Assembly (NCBI GenBank): GCA_965217115.1
Contig: OZ244239.1
Location: 1,600,001 to 1,664,000 of the forward strand
DNA: 64,000 bases
Source: Bdellovibrionales bacterium
Lineage (GTDB): Bacteria; Bdellovibrionota; Bdellovibrionia; Bdellovibrionales; CAYMLA01
Direction: 5' to 3'
Both the position numbers and the translations under genes were made by a program. This document shows positions 19,076 to 28,127 of the stretch, in pieces. Position 1 is the stretch's first letter. The number at the start of each line of letters is the position of its first letter. Under the pieces are notes generated by a model. The model did no database searches. It was not told the DNA's origin and saw only the letters and a list, made by a program, of their open reading frames with translations.

Positions 19076-19165
19076 CTCAGAGTTTTATTAGGTTCTGAGA
19101 CAAACTAAAATTCACAAATCTCAGGCATTTTAAATGGAATAACGAGCAGCAGTCTTTAGAGATAG

Positions 19166-19296
19166 GGCTTGAGCAGCTATGGTGCTTATTCGAGGATACT
19201 GACAGGCCATCAAGGTTCCTGGGCAAAGTCTACAGAACTACTAATGTGGGTTTTAGGTTTTCGACTCTGTGACTAAAGAAGTAGGGCCAGTTATTC
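19166..19296 (+). repeat. Copy 2 of 'gene 3' end + terminator' module, terminator truncated
   Basis: Encodes GLSSYGAYSRILTGHQGSWAKST. 19271-19296 matches 27888-27913 at 22/26 bp, then breaks off. Confidence 0.85.
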
Positions 19297-19325
19297 TGAT
19301 CTGTACCCCAAAAATGGGACACAAA
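19297..19325 (+). mobile_element. Orphan IS3-family (IS150-like) terminal inverted repeat
   Basis: TGATCTGTACCCCAAAAATGGGACAC resembles IS3/IS150-group ends (TGAACTG(C/T)ACCCCAAAA...). It begins exactly where the copy-2 homology stops. No transposase in the window. Confidence 0.55.
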
Positions 19326-19327
19326 AT

Positions 19328-19358
19328 AAAAAGCCCCGTCTGTGATATGACGGGGTTT
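19328..19358 (-). terminator. Intrinsic terminator-like hairpin
   Basis: A-run then CCCCGTC-N8-GACGGGG; lies downstream of the minus-strand Cys-rich fragment. Confidence 0.55.
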
Positions 19359-19387
19359 ATTGTTTTAGGAGTACAGAAATGCGTAAA

Positions 19388-19571
19388 CTATCTGGCCTTA
19401 CAGTAACCTGTGCTTCCAGAGTTCCACTGACAAACACCACTGAGTTCATTACATTTTCCTTGAGTAGATCTAAAACGACAAAAACTAGCATTGGGATCAT
19501 CTTCAGCACCACTTCTCGCCTGACAAAACCCACTACTTGGTGGAACCCACTGACAAACACCACTGAGTTCA
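19388..19571 (-). pseudogene. Fragment of a Cys-rich repeat protein gene
   Basis: Frame not in the ORF track: ELSGVCQWVPPSSGFCQARSGAEDDPNASFCRFRSTQGKCNELSGVCQWNSGSTGYCKAR*. A 25-bp direct repeat (19424-19448 / 19547-19571) is spaced 41 codons. No in-frame ATG/GTG/TTG before an upstream stop. Confidence 0.6.
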
Positions 19572-19631
19572 CTGCTATTATTATTTATATAAGGATTTAG
19601 TTAGATTTACTGATCCAATTTGAAGAAAACC

Positions 19632-19645
19632 GTGATATTTGTCAT
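19632..19645 (+). promoter_or_regulatory. FNR-type box upstream of cco operon
   Basis: GTGAT-ATTT-GTCAT, close to TTGAT-N4-ATCAA. Confidence 0.45.
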
Positions 19646-19743
19646 GTTTTTTTGTTTGAATAGAGATAATAATAAGAGAGTTGTATCTAAGCTTAAATTT
19701 GGTATGTGGCCACTTTGTTGCTTTGCTATGGCAGGAGTTTTAA

Positions 19744-21885
19744 ATGACTGAGACTAAAGTATTTAAACAATGGAACTTCAGTGTAGAGGGTATGCACTGC
19801 ATAAGTTGTATTAGGAAATTGCAGAGTATAGCTAATAATTTTTCCAGTCTTGAAAGTATCAAGGTTGATTTTGATCATAAACGAGTGACAACTACGGGAT
19901 CAGGTGAATTTGACCCTATTGAATTCACAGAGCAAGTTAAAGAAGCAGGGTTTCAGGCAAGAGTGATCTCCAATCCTGAAACAGGAAATGAGAGCTTAAC
20001 GAACAAAGTTTTTCTAATGCGCCTAGCTGTTGCCGGAGCTTGCTCTGGGAATATTATGTTAATAGCAATCTCTGGTTATGCAGGAGCAGACGTATCAGAA
20101 TTTAGTGCCTTTCTAAATTGGTTAAGTTTTTTCTTTTTTATACCAGTACTATTTTTTAGCTCTTGGCCTTTTTATATCAATACCTATAATGCTTTTAAAC
20201 TAAAGAGAGTTTCAGTGGATGTGCCAATTGCTTTGGCTATTATTGCTGCGTCTGTAATTAGTTTTATAAACCTGATCAATAGATCAAATGTTTTGTACTT
20301 TGATTCGTTATCTATGTTTATATTTTTTCTTCTTGCTTCTAGGTACTTAATATTTCGTTTGCAAAGTAAATATTTGAGTCCTGTTAACTTAGAAGATGTG
20401 TTTAATCAACCAACAGTTATGAAAGAAGAAAATGGTGAGACCCTTAAAGTAATGATAGATAAGCTAGAAAAAGGCGATCGAGTTACCCTTGTATTAGGAC
20501 AATTTGTTCCCGCTGATAGTAGGTTAATGAGCGATATGGCTGAGTTTAACAATTCCTTTTTTTCAGGGGAGTCTTTACCAATTCAATTGAAGAAATACGA
20601 TAATGTTTATGCTGGAGCCAAATTAATTTCTGAAAAGGCAGTTGTAGAGATAGAAGAAAAAATATCAAATTCTAGAATATCAGATTTATTGTCTAAGATT
20701 AACAAAGCTCTTTTAGGACAAACTCCTAAGAGTTTACTTGCAGATAAGGGAGCCCATTATCTGAGTCTGGTGGTAGTTATCTTAGCTATTGGATTTTTTT
20801 CTTATTTCTCTACAATTGATATGCAAGAGTCTCTTAATAGAGTACTAGCTTTGTTAGTTATAGCTTGCCCATGTGCATTAGCAATAGCAACCCCTTTAGC
20901 TCATAGTTTAACTGTAAAAAAGGCTTTTAAGAAGAATATTTTGTTTAAGTCGGCTCAATCCATAGAGGAAGTAACTCAATGTGACACTATTGTTTTTGAT
21001 AAAACAGGAACTCTTACTGAAGATTCTTTAGATATTGTGGGGTGGTCACCTCGTGAACCCAATAATGAAGAAAAACAAATTGTTTTTTCTATGGAAAAAA
21101 CAAGTGAACATCCTATTGCTAAAGCTCTAATGAGAGATATTGGAGAGCAAATTTCGGTTGATTTAATTAATCGAATTGAAGTGCCAGGTTTAGGAATTAA
21201 AGCTGAATTTAAAGGGAAACTCTACGAATTAAGAGCTAATGACAGATCTAAAACAGGTGGAGTTTCTTTAATTGTGAATGGAAAAACAGAACTAACGGCA
21301 CTTGTTGCGGAAAAAATAGAAACATCTATTGTCTTAGGTGAACTTAAGTATTTAAGAGATTTAGAAAAAAAATGCTATCTGATTTCAGGAGATAGAAACG
21401 ATATAACTAAGGGAATTGGACAGTCTTTAGGTTTTAAAGAGAGTGAGATTTTATCAGAAACTTCACCTGAGTTAAAAGCTAGTTTTGTAAATGATCTTAA
21501 AGAAAAAGGGCGAAAAATTTTATTTGTAGGAGATGGTATTAATGATGCTCTTGCGATGAGTAAGGCTGATGTTTCTGTTTCTATGCATTCGGCGGCAGAG
21601 GCGACGTTTCGCTCATCAAGTATTCATTTTCTGGAAAAAGGAGTAGGGCAATTGCGCAGTTTATTTCATTTTTCTAATAGATGTCTTAAAGCTATAAAAG
21701 TTAATATAATACTGTCCTTGATCTATAATTTGACTTTTGCTATGATGGCTCTGTCTGGACTTATTAGTCCTGTTATGGCTGTAATTATTATGCCTCTAAG
21801 TTCGTTAACAGTCGTTGGGTTAACAATTTTAAATGTCCGCATGGGTGAGAAAATCAATTTTCGAGAGAAATTATGGAAATACTAA
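19744..21885 (+). CDS. ccoI: Cu-translocating P1B-type ATPase for cbb3 assembly
   Basis: HMA GMHCISC, CPCAL, DKTGTLT, SEHP, GDGIND; directly upstream of ccoS-ccoNO. Confidence 0.9.
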   Translation: MTETKVFKQWNFSVEGMHCISCIRKLQSIANNFSSLESIKVDFDHKRVTTTGSGEFDPIEFTEQVKEAGFQARVISNPETGNESLTNKVFLMRLAVAGACSGNIMLIAISGYAGADVSEFSAFLNWLSFFFFIPVLFFSSWPFYINTYNAFKLKRVSVDVPIALAIIAASVISFINLINRSNVLYFDSLSMFIFFLLASRYLIFRLQSKYLSPVNLEDVFNQPTVMKEENGETLKVMIDKLEKGDRVTLVLGQFVPADSRLMSDMAEFNNSFFSGESLPIQLKKYDNVYAGAKLISEKAVVEIEEKISNSRISDLLSKINKALLGQTPKSLLADKGAHYLSLVVVILAIGFFSYFSTIDMQESLNRVLALLVIACPCALAIATPLAHSLTVKKAFKKNILFKSAQSIEEVTQCDTIVFDKTGTLTEDSLDIVGWSPREPNNEEKQIVFSMEKTSEHPIAKALMRDIGEQISVDLINRIEVPGLGIKAEFKGKLYELRANDRSKTGGVSLIVNGKTELTALVAEKIETSIVLGELKYLRDLEKKCYLISGDRNDITKGIGQSLGFKESEILSETSPELKASFVNDLKEKGRKILFVGDGINDALAMSKADVSVSMHSAAEATFRSSSIHFLEKGVGQLRSLFHFSNRCLKAIKVNIILSLIYNLTFAMMALSGLISPVMAVIIMPLSSLTVVGLTILNVRMGEKINFREKLWKY

Positions 21886-22016
21886 TGATGACCATTCCCG
21901 TAACAATTACATTAGTGATTCTCTTTGTTTTGTTATTTTGGTTAGCAGCAAAAGATGGACAATTCGATGATTTAGAAACGCCAGCACATACACCACTTTC
22001 GGATGATGAAGAGTAA
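21873..22016 (+). CDS. ccoS: cbb3 oxidase maturation protein (47 aa, not in ORF track)
   Basis: MEILMMTIPVTITLVILFVLLFWLAAKDGQFDDLETPAHTPLSDDEE; GQFDDL is the family motif. Confidence 0.9.
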   Translation: MEILMMTIPVTITLVILFVLLFWLAAKDGQFDDLETPAHTPLSDDEE

Positions 22017-22057
22017 TTTAAACAATTAAACTTAATTTTGATTAGGAGATATTTTAA

Positions 22058-24223
22058 ATGAATACAAAGAGCCAAAAGCTTTCTTTAAATGATCATTATG
22101 ATGATCAGATTGTCAGGTATTTCATATGGGCGACAATGGGATGGGGGATTATTGCTTTCACTGCAGGTTTATTGGTGGCCTTACAATTAGCTTTTTGGCA
22201 ATTTAATTTTGATTTGGAATGGTTAACCTTTGGTCGTTTAAGACCACTTCATACCAATGCGGCTATTTTTGCCTTTGCGGGAAATGGGATTTTTGCAGGT
22301 ATATATCACTCCACTCAACGTTTGTGTAAAGCGAGAATGTTTTCGGACTGTTTGAGCCGGTTGCATTTTTGGGGCTGGCAAGCAATCATTGTGTCGGCAG
22401 CCATAACTCTTCCTCTGGGGCTGTCACAGAGTAAAGAGTATGCCGAATTAGAGTGGCCTATAGACATTGCCATTGCAGTTATTTGGGTTGTCTTTGCAAT
22501 TAACTTTTTTATGACTTTGAAGAAAAGACGTGAGAAACATTTATATGTAGCCATTTGGTTTTATATATCGACCATTATTACTGTAGCTGTGTTACACATA
22601 TTTAACTCGATTGAAATTCCAATATCATTGTTTAAAAGTTACCCTGTTTATGCAGGTATTCAAGATGCCTTGGTTCAATGGTGGTATGGTCATAATGCCG
22701 TGGCTTTTTTTCTAACAACGCCATTTCTTGGGTTGATGTATTATTATATACCTAAAGTTGCTAAGAAACCTGTTTATTCTTATCGTTTGTCTGTTATTCA
22801 TTTCTGGGCTTTGATATTTATTTATATCTGGGCAGGCCCTCATCATTTGTTAAATACGGCTTTACCAGATTGGGCACAAACTTTAGGTATGGCTTTTAGT
22901 ATTATGCTTTGGGCTCCTAGTTGGGGAGGGATGATAAATGGTATTTTAACTTTAAGAGGAGCTTGGCACTTATTGAGAACAAGTCCTGTTATTAAGTTTA
23001 TGGTTGTTGCATTAACATTCTATGGAATGGCTACTTTTGAGGGGCCACTTTTATCAATTAAATCGGTAAGTTCGTTAGCGCATTACACTGATTGGATTGT
23101 TGCTCATGTTCATGGTGGGGCCTTAGGTTGGAATGGTTTTCTTACTTTTGGTATGATTTATTACTTAGTGCCAAAACTTTACAAAACAGAGCTTTATTCT
23201 AAGTCTCTGGCCAACACACATTTCTGGTTAGGGCTCACTGGTATATTGGTTTATTACATTTCTATGTGTGCAGCAGGAATCACTCAAGGCCTGATGTGGA
23301 TGGATATTAATGAATCCGGAGCGCTTGTATATCCTGATTTTGTTGAAACTGTGACTCGTATTGTACCTCTATATCAAGTAAGGGCTTTTGGTGGACTTTT
23401 ATTTATTTTAGGTGCTTTGGTGATGGTTTATAACCTACTTAAAACTGTAGCCAGTGCTAAAGACTCTCCAGAAGATGCAGCAATTCCTGCCCCTATTGAG
23501 AAAAGAGTGATTCATGAAGAGAAGGGAAAGGAGTCAGGACATAGAAAACTAGAAAGTATGGCTTTTTTGTTTAGTGTGCTGGCTTTTATTGCTATCTTGG
23601 TAGGTTCAGCTATTGAGATCATACCTGTATTGTCTATGCAAAGTTATGTGAAGCACGATCAATTGATTGAGCCTTATACTCCTTTAGAATTAGCAGGAAG
23701 AGATATTTATATCAAAGAGGGGTGTTATACTTGTCACTCACAAATGATACGTAAACTACCATTTGATGTTTTAAGGTTTGGTAAAGCATCAACTGTTGAA
23801 GAGTCTATGTATGATCGCCCATTTCAATGGGGGTCAAAAAGAACCGGACCTGATTTGGCGAGAATTGGAGCTAAATACCCTAATCTTTGGCATTATAGGC
23901 ACATGAATAATCCTAGGGATGTGGTGTCCTTGTCCATTATGCCTAATTATCCATGGCTTTTAACTAAGAAGACGGATTTTTACTCCCTTCGTAAAAAACT
24001 ATCGGTGATGAAATATTTGGGGGTTCCTTATCGATCAGGAATTGTTGCAAATGCAGATAGGCACGCAGAGGAGGAAGCTAGAATTATCGCTCAGGATTTA
24101 CGGGCTCAAGGAGTTAAGGACGACCAGTTAGAGCAAAAAGAAATAGTGGCCTTGATTGCTTACCTTCAAGCTTTAGGACAAAAAGCTCTAGATGATTTCG
24201 GTAACTCGGATTTGATTGAATAG
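22058..24223 (+). CDS. ccoN: cbb3-type cytochrome c oxidase, fused subunits I/II (CcoN-CcoO)
   Basis: FGRLRPLHTN, QWWYGHNAV, GPHH and AHVH; C-terminal EGCYTCHSQMIR and WGSKRTGPDLAR. Confidence 0.96.
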   Translation: MNTKSQKLSLNDHYDDQIVRYFIWATMGWGIIAFTAGLLVALQLAFWQFNFDLEWLTFGRLRPLHTNAAIFAFAGNGIFAGIYHSTQRLCKARMFSDCLSRLHFWGWQAIIVSAAITLPLGLSQSKEYAELEWPIDIAIAVIWVVFAINFFMTLKKRREKHLYVAIWFYISTIITVAVLHIFNSIEIPISLFKSYPVYAGIQDALVQWWYGHNAVAFFLTTPFLGLMYYYIPKVAKKPVYSYRLSVIHFWALIFIYIWAGPHHLLNTALPDWAQTLGMAFSIMLWAPSWGGMINGILTLRGAWHLLRTSPVIKFMVVALTFYGMATFEGPLLSIKSVSSLAHYTDWIVAHVHGGALGWNGFLTFGMIYYLVPKLYKTELYSKSLANTHFWLGLTGILVYYISMCAAGITQGLMWMDINESGALVYPDFVETVTRIVPLYQVRAFGGLLFILGALVMVYNLLKTVASAKDSPEDAAIPAPIEKRVIHEEKGKESGHRKLESMAFLFSVLAFIAILVGSAIEIIPVLSMQSYVKHDQLIEPYTPLELAGRDIYIKEGCYTCHSQMIRKLPFDVLRFGKASTVEESMYDRPFQWGSKRTGPDLARIGAKYPNLWHYRHMNNPRDVVSLSIMPNYPWLLTKKTDFYSLRKKLSVMKYLGVPYRSGIVANADRHAEEEARIIAQDLRAQGVKDDQLEQKEIVALIAYLQALGQKALDDFGNSDLIE

Positions 24224-24260
24224 AGAATATTATAGTTTTATATTTTATTGGAGATGTTAA

Positions 24261-24440
24261 ATGAAAAAAGAAGTTTTGAGTCAGTTTGGGCAACCAGATT
24301 TAATATTGTTTGGATTTTTATTATTTTTCTTTTGTTTTATTGGAATGATCTTTTGGGTGTATCACAGATCACGCAAGGACCATTATACTAAAATGTCAAA
24401 ATTGCCTTTGGAGATAAGTCGAAATAGGGAGCAAGTATGA
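24261..24440 (+). CDS. ccoQ: cbb3 oxidase small subunit (59 aa, not in ORF track)
   Basis: One TM helix (LILFGFLLFFFCFIGMIFWVY) then ...MSKLPLE; ATGA overlap with ccoP. Confidence 0.85.
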   Translation: MKKEVLSQFGQPDLILFGFLLFFFCFIGMIFWVYHRSRKDHYTKMSKLPLEISRNREQV

Positions 24441-25006
24441 GCAAAGATAGACAAGATGAAATCATTGAAGGTCATAACTATGATGGTATTCAAGAATTAA
24501 ATAATCCATTGCCGAAATGGTGGATTTATTTATTTTATGTGACGATTGTCTTTGCAGTAGCATATACGGCTTATTATGAAATTTTAGGTGGTCCTAGTTC
24601 AGAGCAAGAGTTAACAATAAATATGAATAAAATCACAGAGAAAAAAATAGCTATGGAAAAAAAAGTTCCAGAACCTGTCGCTCAAGATGTGAAGACTATT
24701 TTGTCTAATAAAGAAGAACTGGCAAAGGGAAAGAAGACTTACACGCAAACATGTGCTGCCTGTCATGGCCAGAAAGGAGAAGGGGTGATTGGCCCGAATC
24801 TTACTGATAAGTATTGGTTGTATTCAAATGGGGATTTTAAAGGAATCCTAGTAGCTATTCGTGAAGGTTTTCCCAATAAGGGAATGCCACCCTGGAAAGA
24901 CGTTGTGCCTAAAAACTTACATGCACCTTTAGCTGCTTATGTTATGAGTTTGCAGGGAACTAAGCCGGTCAATGGTAAAGCTCCACAGGGAAAGTTTATT
25001 AAGTGA
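24437..25006 (+). CDS. ccoP: cbb3 oxidase subunit III, mono-haem form
   Basis: HNYDGIQELNNPLPKWW, single CAACH, GPNLTD, GMPPW. Confidence 0.92.
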   Translation: MSKDRQDEIIEGHNYDGIQELNNPLPKWWIYLFYVTIVFAVAYTAYYEILGGPSSEQELTINMNKITEKKIAMEKKVPEPVAQDVKTILSNKEELAKGKKTYTQTCAACHGQKGEGVIGPNLTDKYWLYSNGDFKGILVAIREGFPNKGMPPWKDVVPKNLHAPLAAYVMSLQGTKPVNGKAPQGKFIK

Positions 25007-26406
25007 CAGAAGAAGACCCTGATAGACAAGAACTAACAGTTATTCCAGATCGCCCACCGAGTTTGGATGAAAAGGGAACTCGTCTTTTTGTTATTCCAGC
25101 CAAAGTAAAAGGTAAATTTAGAAGTGCAAGAAATTGGGTTTATAGTTTTTTGCTATTTGTTTTTTTAGTTGTGCCATGGACGAATTATCAAGGGGAACAG
25201 AGTATTTTCCTCGATATAATAAAAAAACGTTTTGTTTTTTTTGGACATACTTTTTTCTCCCATGATGGGCCACTTTTATTCTTTCTTTTAGCTCTAGTTG
25301 TTTTCACCATTGTGTTTTTTACGGCTGTTCTAGGTCGAGTGTGGTGTGGATGGGCTTGTCCTCAGACTGTATTCATTGATTTTGTTTATCGTCGCATTGA
25401 AGAGTGGATTGAAGGTAATCACTTAATGCGGAGAAAATTAGGTCAGGAAGATTGGAGTTTTAAAAAAGTTTTAAAAAAGGTTATTAAGTGGTGTCTTTTT
25501 TTTCTAGTAAGTTCTCATATTGCTCATAGCTTCACCGCTTATTTTGTTGGAGCGAAAAGCCTGGTTTGGTTAACTATGGAGTCTCCGATGGAACATTGGG
25601 GATTATTTTTATGGGTGCAAATATTTACTATATTGATGATGATTAATTTTGGTTGGTTTAGAGAACAATTTTGTTTAATTGTTTGTCCTTACGGAAGACT
25701 TCAATCCACATTGATGGATAAAAATTCATTGGCAATTATGTATGACACTCATCGGGGAGAGCCTCGTAAGAAAAGAGGGATTAAAGATCAGGCTGGAGAT
25801 TGTATTGATTGTTTGAGGTGTGTGAATGTTTGTCCTACAGGAATTGATATTCGTAATGGATTACAAATGGAATGTATTGCTTGCACAGCCTGTATTGATG
25901 TTTGTGATGAGGTGATGGTTAAAATTAAAAAACCAGTGGGGCTTATTAGATATTCCAGTGAAGCGGAGTTGAGTGGAGAAAAAAGACGATCAATAAATTT
26001 GAGAACATTAGTTTATGCGAGTGTTCTTGTTGTTTTGATTACAGGTTTGGTAACGGCTCTTTCTTTAAGGTCAGACGTGGATGTGAAAATTGTTCGTGCA
26101 ATTGAGGCTCCTTATAGCTTTGTTGGTGATGGTGAAATCATAAATCACTTTAGAATTCATGTCACAAACCAAACATCTGAAAGTATTCAATTAGAGAATT
26201 TGATATTATTGGAAAATAGAATCCAACTGGTAAGTCCTCAGTTGAGGCAAAAAATTTCGGCGGGAGAATCCAAATGGATACATATATTTATGACTTTCTC
26301 TAAGGAACTGGTTAAGAATGGGAGGTTAAATGTAAAATGGATTTTAAATTACAGTGGAACAGAGAAAAAGAGCAGTAATGGAAGCTTAGTGCTATTATCT
26401 CCCTAG
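25003..26406 (+). CDS. ccoG: Cytochrome c oxidase accessory ferredoxin-type protein
   Basis: GRVWCGWACPQT, CPYGRLQ, CIDCLRCVNVCPTGIDIR, CIACTACIDVC. Confidence 0.95.
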   Translation: MTEEDPDRQELTVIPDRPPSLDEKGTRLFVIPAKVKGKFRSARNWVYSFLLFVFLVVPWTNYQGEQSIFLDIIKKRFVFFGHTFFSHDGPLLFFLLALVVFTIVFFTAVLGRVWCGWACPQTVFIDFVYRRIEEWIEGNHLMRRKLGQEDWSFKKVLKKVIKWCLFFLVSSHIAHSFTAYFVGAKSLVWLTMESPMEHWGLFLWVQIFTILMMINFGWFREQFCLIVCPYGRLQSTLMDKNSLAIMYDTHRGEPRKKRGIKDQAGDCIDCLRCVNVCPTGIDIRNGLQMECIACTACIDVCDEVMVKIKKPVGLIRYSSEAELSGEKRRSINLRTLVYASVLVVLITGLVTALSLRSDVDVKIVRAIEAPYSFVGDGEIINHFRIHVTNQTSESIQLENLILLENRIQLVSPQLRQKISAGESKWIHIFMTFSKELVKNGRLNVKWILNYSGTEKKSSNGSLVLLSP

Positions 26407-26478
26407 AAAAATGTAGATTTTACGCATTGCTCATTAAAGCCCCTTTTGTTAGAATTTGTTATTACTTAAGGGATTTTT

Positions 26479-27195
26479 ATGCTGAAAAAAAAGAAAGCAA
26501 TTGATTGTTTTACCTGTTCGGGACGTGTAAATGGCATATTTTGTGAGTTAGAGGGTGAAACTTTATCTTATTTAGATCAGAGTAAAAATTTTAATGTATA
26601 TAAAAAGGGACAAAATCTTTTTCTAGAGGGAAACCCTCCTTTTGGTCTTTACTGTATACATAGTGGGAAAGTCAAATTAACCAAATCAGATGCATCTGGA
26701 AAAGAAACAATAATTCGTCTGGCATCATCAGGAGAGATTTTAGGCCATCGCAGCTTATTTTCAGATAGCTCCTATAGGGCATCTGCGACAGTTTTAGAAG
26801 AAGGGCAGATCTGTTTTATTAGTAAGCAAACAATAAATGAGTTAATACAAAAAGAAGCTAAGGTGTCCCTGCAAATAATCAAGAAATTGAGTGAACAAAT
26901 TGGAATAGCTGAAGATAAAATTGCAAGCATGGCTCGTAAAAACCTACGAAAAAGATTTGCAGAGTTATTACTTTTGTTTAAAGAGAAATATGGTGTGCAA
27001 GAAGATGGTAAAATTTTTTTAGATATTAAATTAACTAGAGAAGAAATGTCATCTATGGTTGGTGCTGCTCCAGAAAATATTATTAGGTTAGTAACTGAAT
27101 TCAAGAAATCGGGTTATATAGAGCAAATAGGAAAGGATATTTATATACTAAATATTGAAGGTCTTGAGAGTGAAGCTGGTTTAAGTGACTTTTGA
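26479..27195 (+). CDS. Crp/Fnr family transcriptional regulator
   Basis: N-terminal CxxC-x8-C, cNMP-type domain, HTH LTREEMSSMVGAAPENIIR. Confidence 0.92.
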   Translation: MLKKKKAIDCFTCSGRVNGIFCELEGETLSYLDQSKNFNVYKKGQNLFLEGNPPFGLYCIHSGKVKLTKSDASGKETIIRLASSGEILGHRSLFSDSSYRASATVLEEGQICFISKQTINELIQKEAKVSLQIIKKLSEQIGIAEDKIASMARKNLRKRFAELLLLFKEKYGVQEDGKIFLDIKLTREEMSSMVGAAPENIIRLVTEFKKSGYIEQIGKDIYILNIEGLESEAGLSDF

Positions 27196-27202
27196 GAAAT
27201 AA

Positions 27203-27216
27203 CTGATAAATATCAG
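27203..27216 (+). promoter_or_regulatory. FNR-type palindrome
   Basis: CTGAT-AAAT-ATCAG. Confidence 0.5.
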
Positions 27217-27251
27217 AGATATTTTTTCTTACATAGATCACACTTTGTAAT

Positions 27252-27599
27252 ATGTGCGATGTAAGAACATTTAGGGCAGACTCTAAAATAGTCTCATTGA
27301 TCTGTAGACTTTGGCCTCCTAAGAAATTTTCTCAGAGTTTTATCCTTTTCTACGAAGGTCAAATACCTAATGTGGCAATATTATTGACTTCAGGAATTGT
27401 AGAAATTGAAAGTCCAACAGGAGTAAAAATATTTAAGCAGTACACTTTATTTGGGTTAGACGAGTTATTAGATAAAAAACCATCTTTAATGAGTGTTAAA
27501 ATTCTAGAAAACTCAGAAGCATGCATATTTGATAGTGTGTCTTTTTCTCAGAAAAATCAATTTTATGAGGAACTAGTGGAAGTTAATAACAGAACTTAA
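27252..27599 (+). CDS. Small protein with Crp-like cNMP-binding (cupin) fold, no HTH
   Basis: LFYEGQIPNVAILLTSGIVEI parallels LFLEGNPPFGLYCIHSGKVKL in the upstream regulator. Confidence 0.55.
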   Translation: MCDVRTFRADSKIVSLICRLWPPKKFSQSFILFYEGQIPNVAILLTSGIVEIESPTGVKIFKQYTLFGLDELLDKKPSLMSVKILENSEACIFDSVSFSQKNQFYEELVEVNNRT

Positions 27600-27759
27600 T
27601 TTAAATATAAAGAGGCTGTAAAAAAACTATTCGCCCAAGTTAAACCACCAGACCAAATCCCTTTTAAGGGAACAGGGGGTAAGAACGACTTTTATCAGTG
27701 ATTTATTTAGAGGATTTGTCGCTTTATCTTTGATTGCAGTGGTTTAGCATAGTTGCAGC

Positions 27760-27876
27760 GTGAAGCAAATGGCATCCAAGGCCGCCAACGCCCATAAAAA
27801 GGGACTGACAAGCTATGGGGCATATTTGAGGATGCTGACGGGCCATCAGGGTTCTTGGGCAAAATCTATAGACTAA
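27760..27876 (+). pseudogene. Copy 3 (longest) of repeated gene 3' end: VKQMASKAANAHKKGLTSYGAYLRMLTGHQGSWAKSID*
   Basis: Homologous to 18149-18220 and 19166-19236, with mostly synonymous differences. Confidence 0.7.
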
Positions 27877-27899
27877 CGTGGTTTTTGGATTAAAAAAGC

Positions 27900-27930
27900 A
27901 GGGCCAGCTATTCAAAACTGGCCCTTTTTT
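27900..27930 (+). terminator. Intrinsic terminator of copy 3
   Basis: AGGGCCAG-N10-CTGGCCCT followed by a T-run. Confidence 0.75.
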
Positions 27931-28127
27931 CACTGTCTTCTCGTCTGAGGTCTGATTATTTACCTAGCTGTTCCCAAGGTTGTACGTTGTCAAATCTTTG
28001 GGCATAACAATGGAAGTTCGACACCTGCATGTAAGGCTTAGGGTAGTAGAATAGTCACCTTAATTGGTATGATTTTAGCATCTCACAGTAGTAGGTAGGG
28101 AAAAAAATCATTACAAAGGAGAACGCT

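Noticed and set aside
19357..19600. ORFs 19357-19572(-) and 19379-19600(+)
   Set aside because: They are alternative frames of the Cys-rich fragment, which shows the more protein-like periodic pattern.
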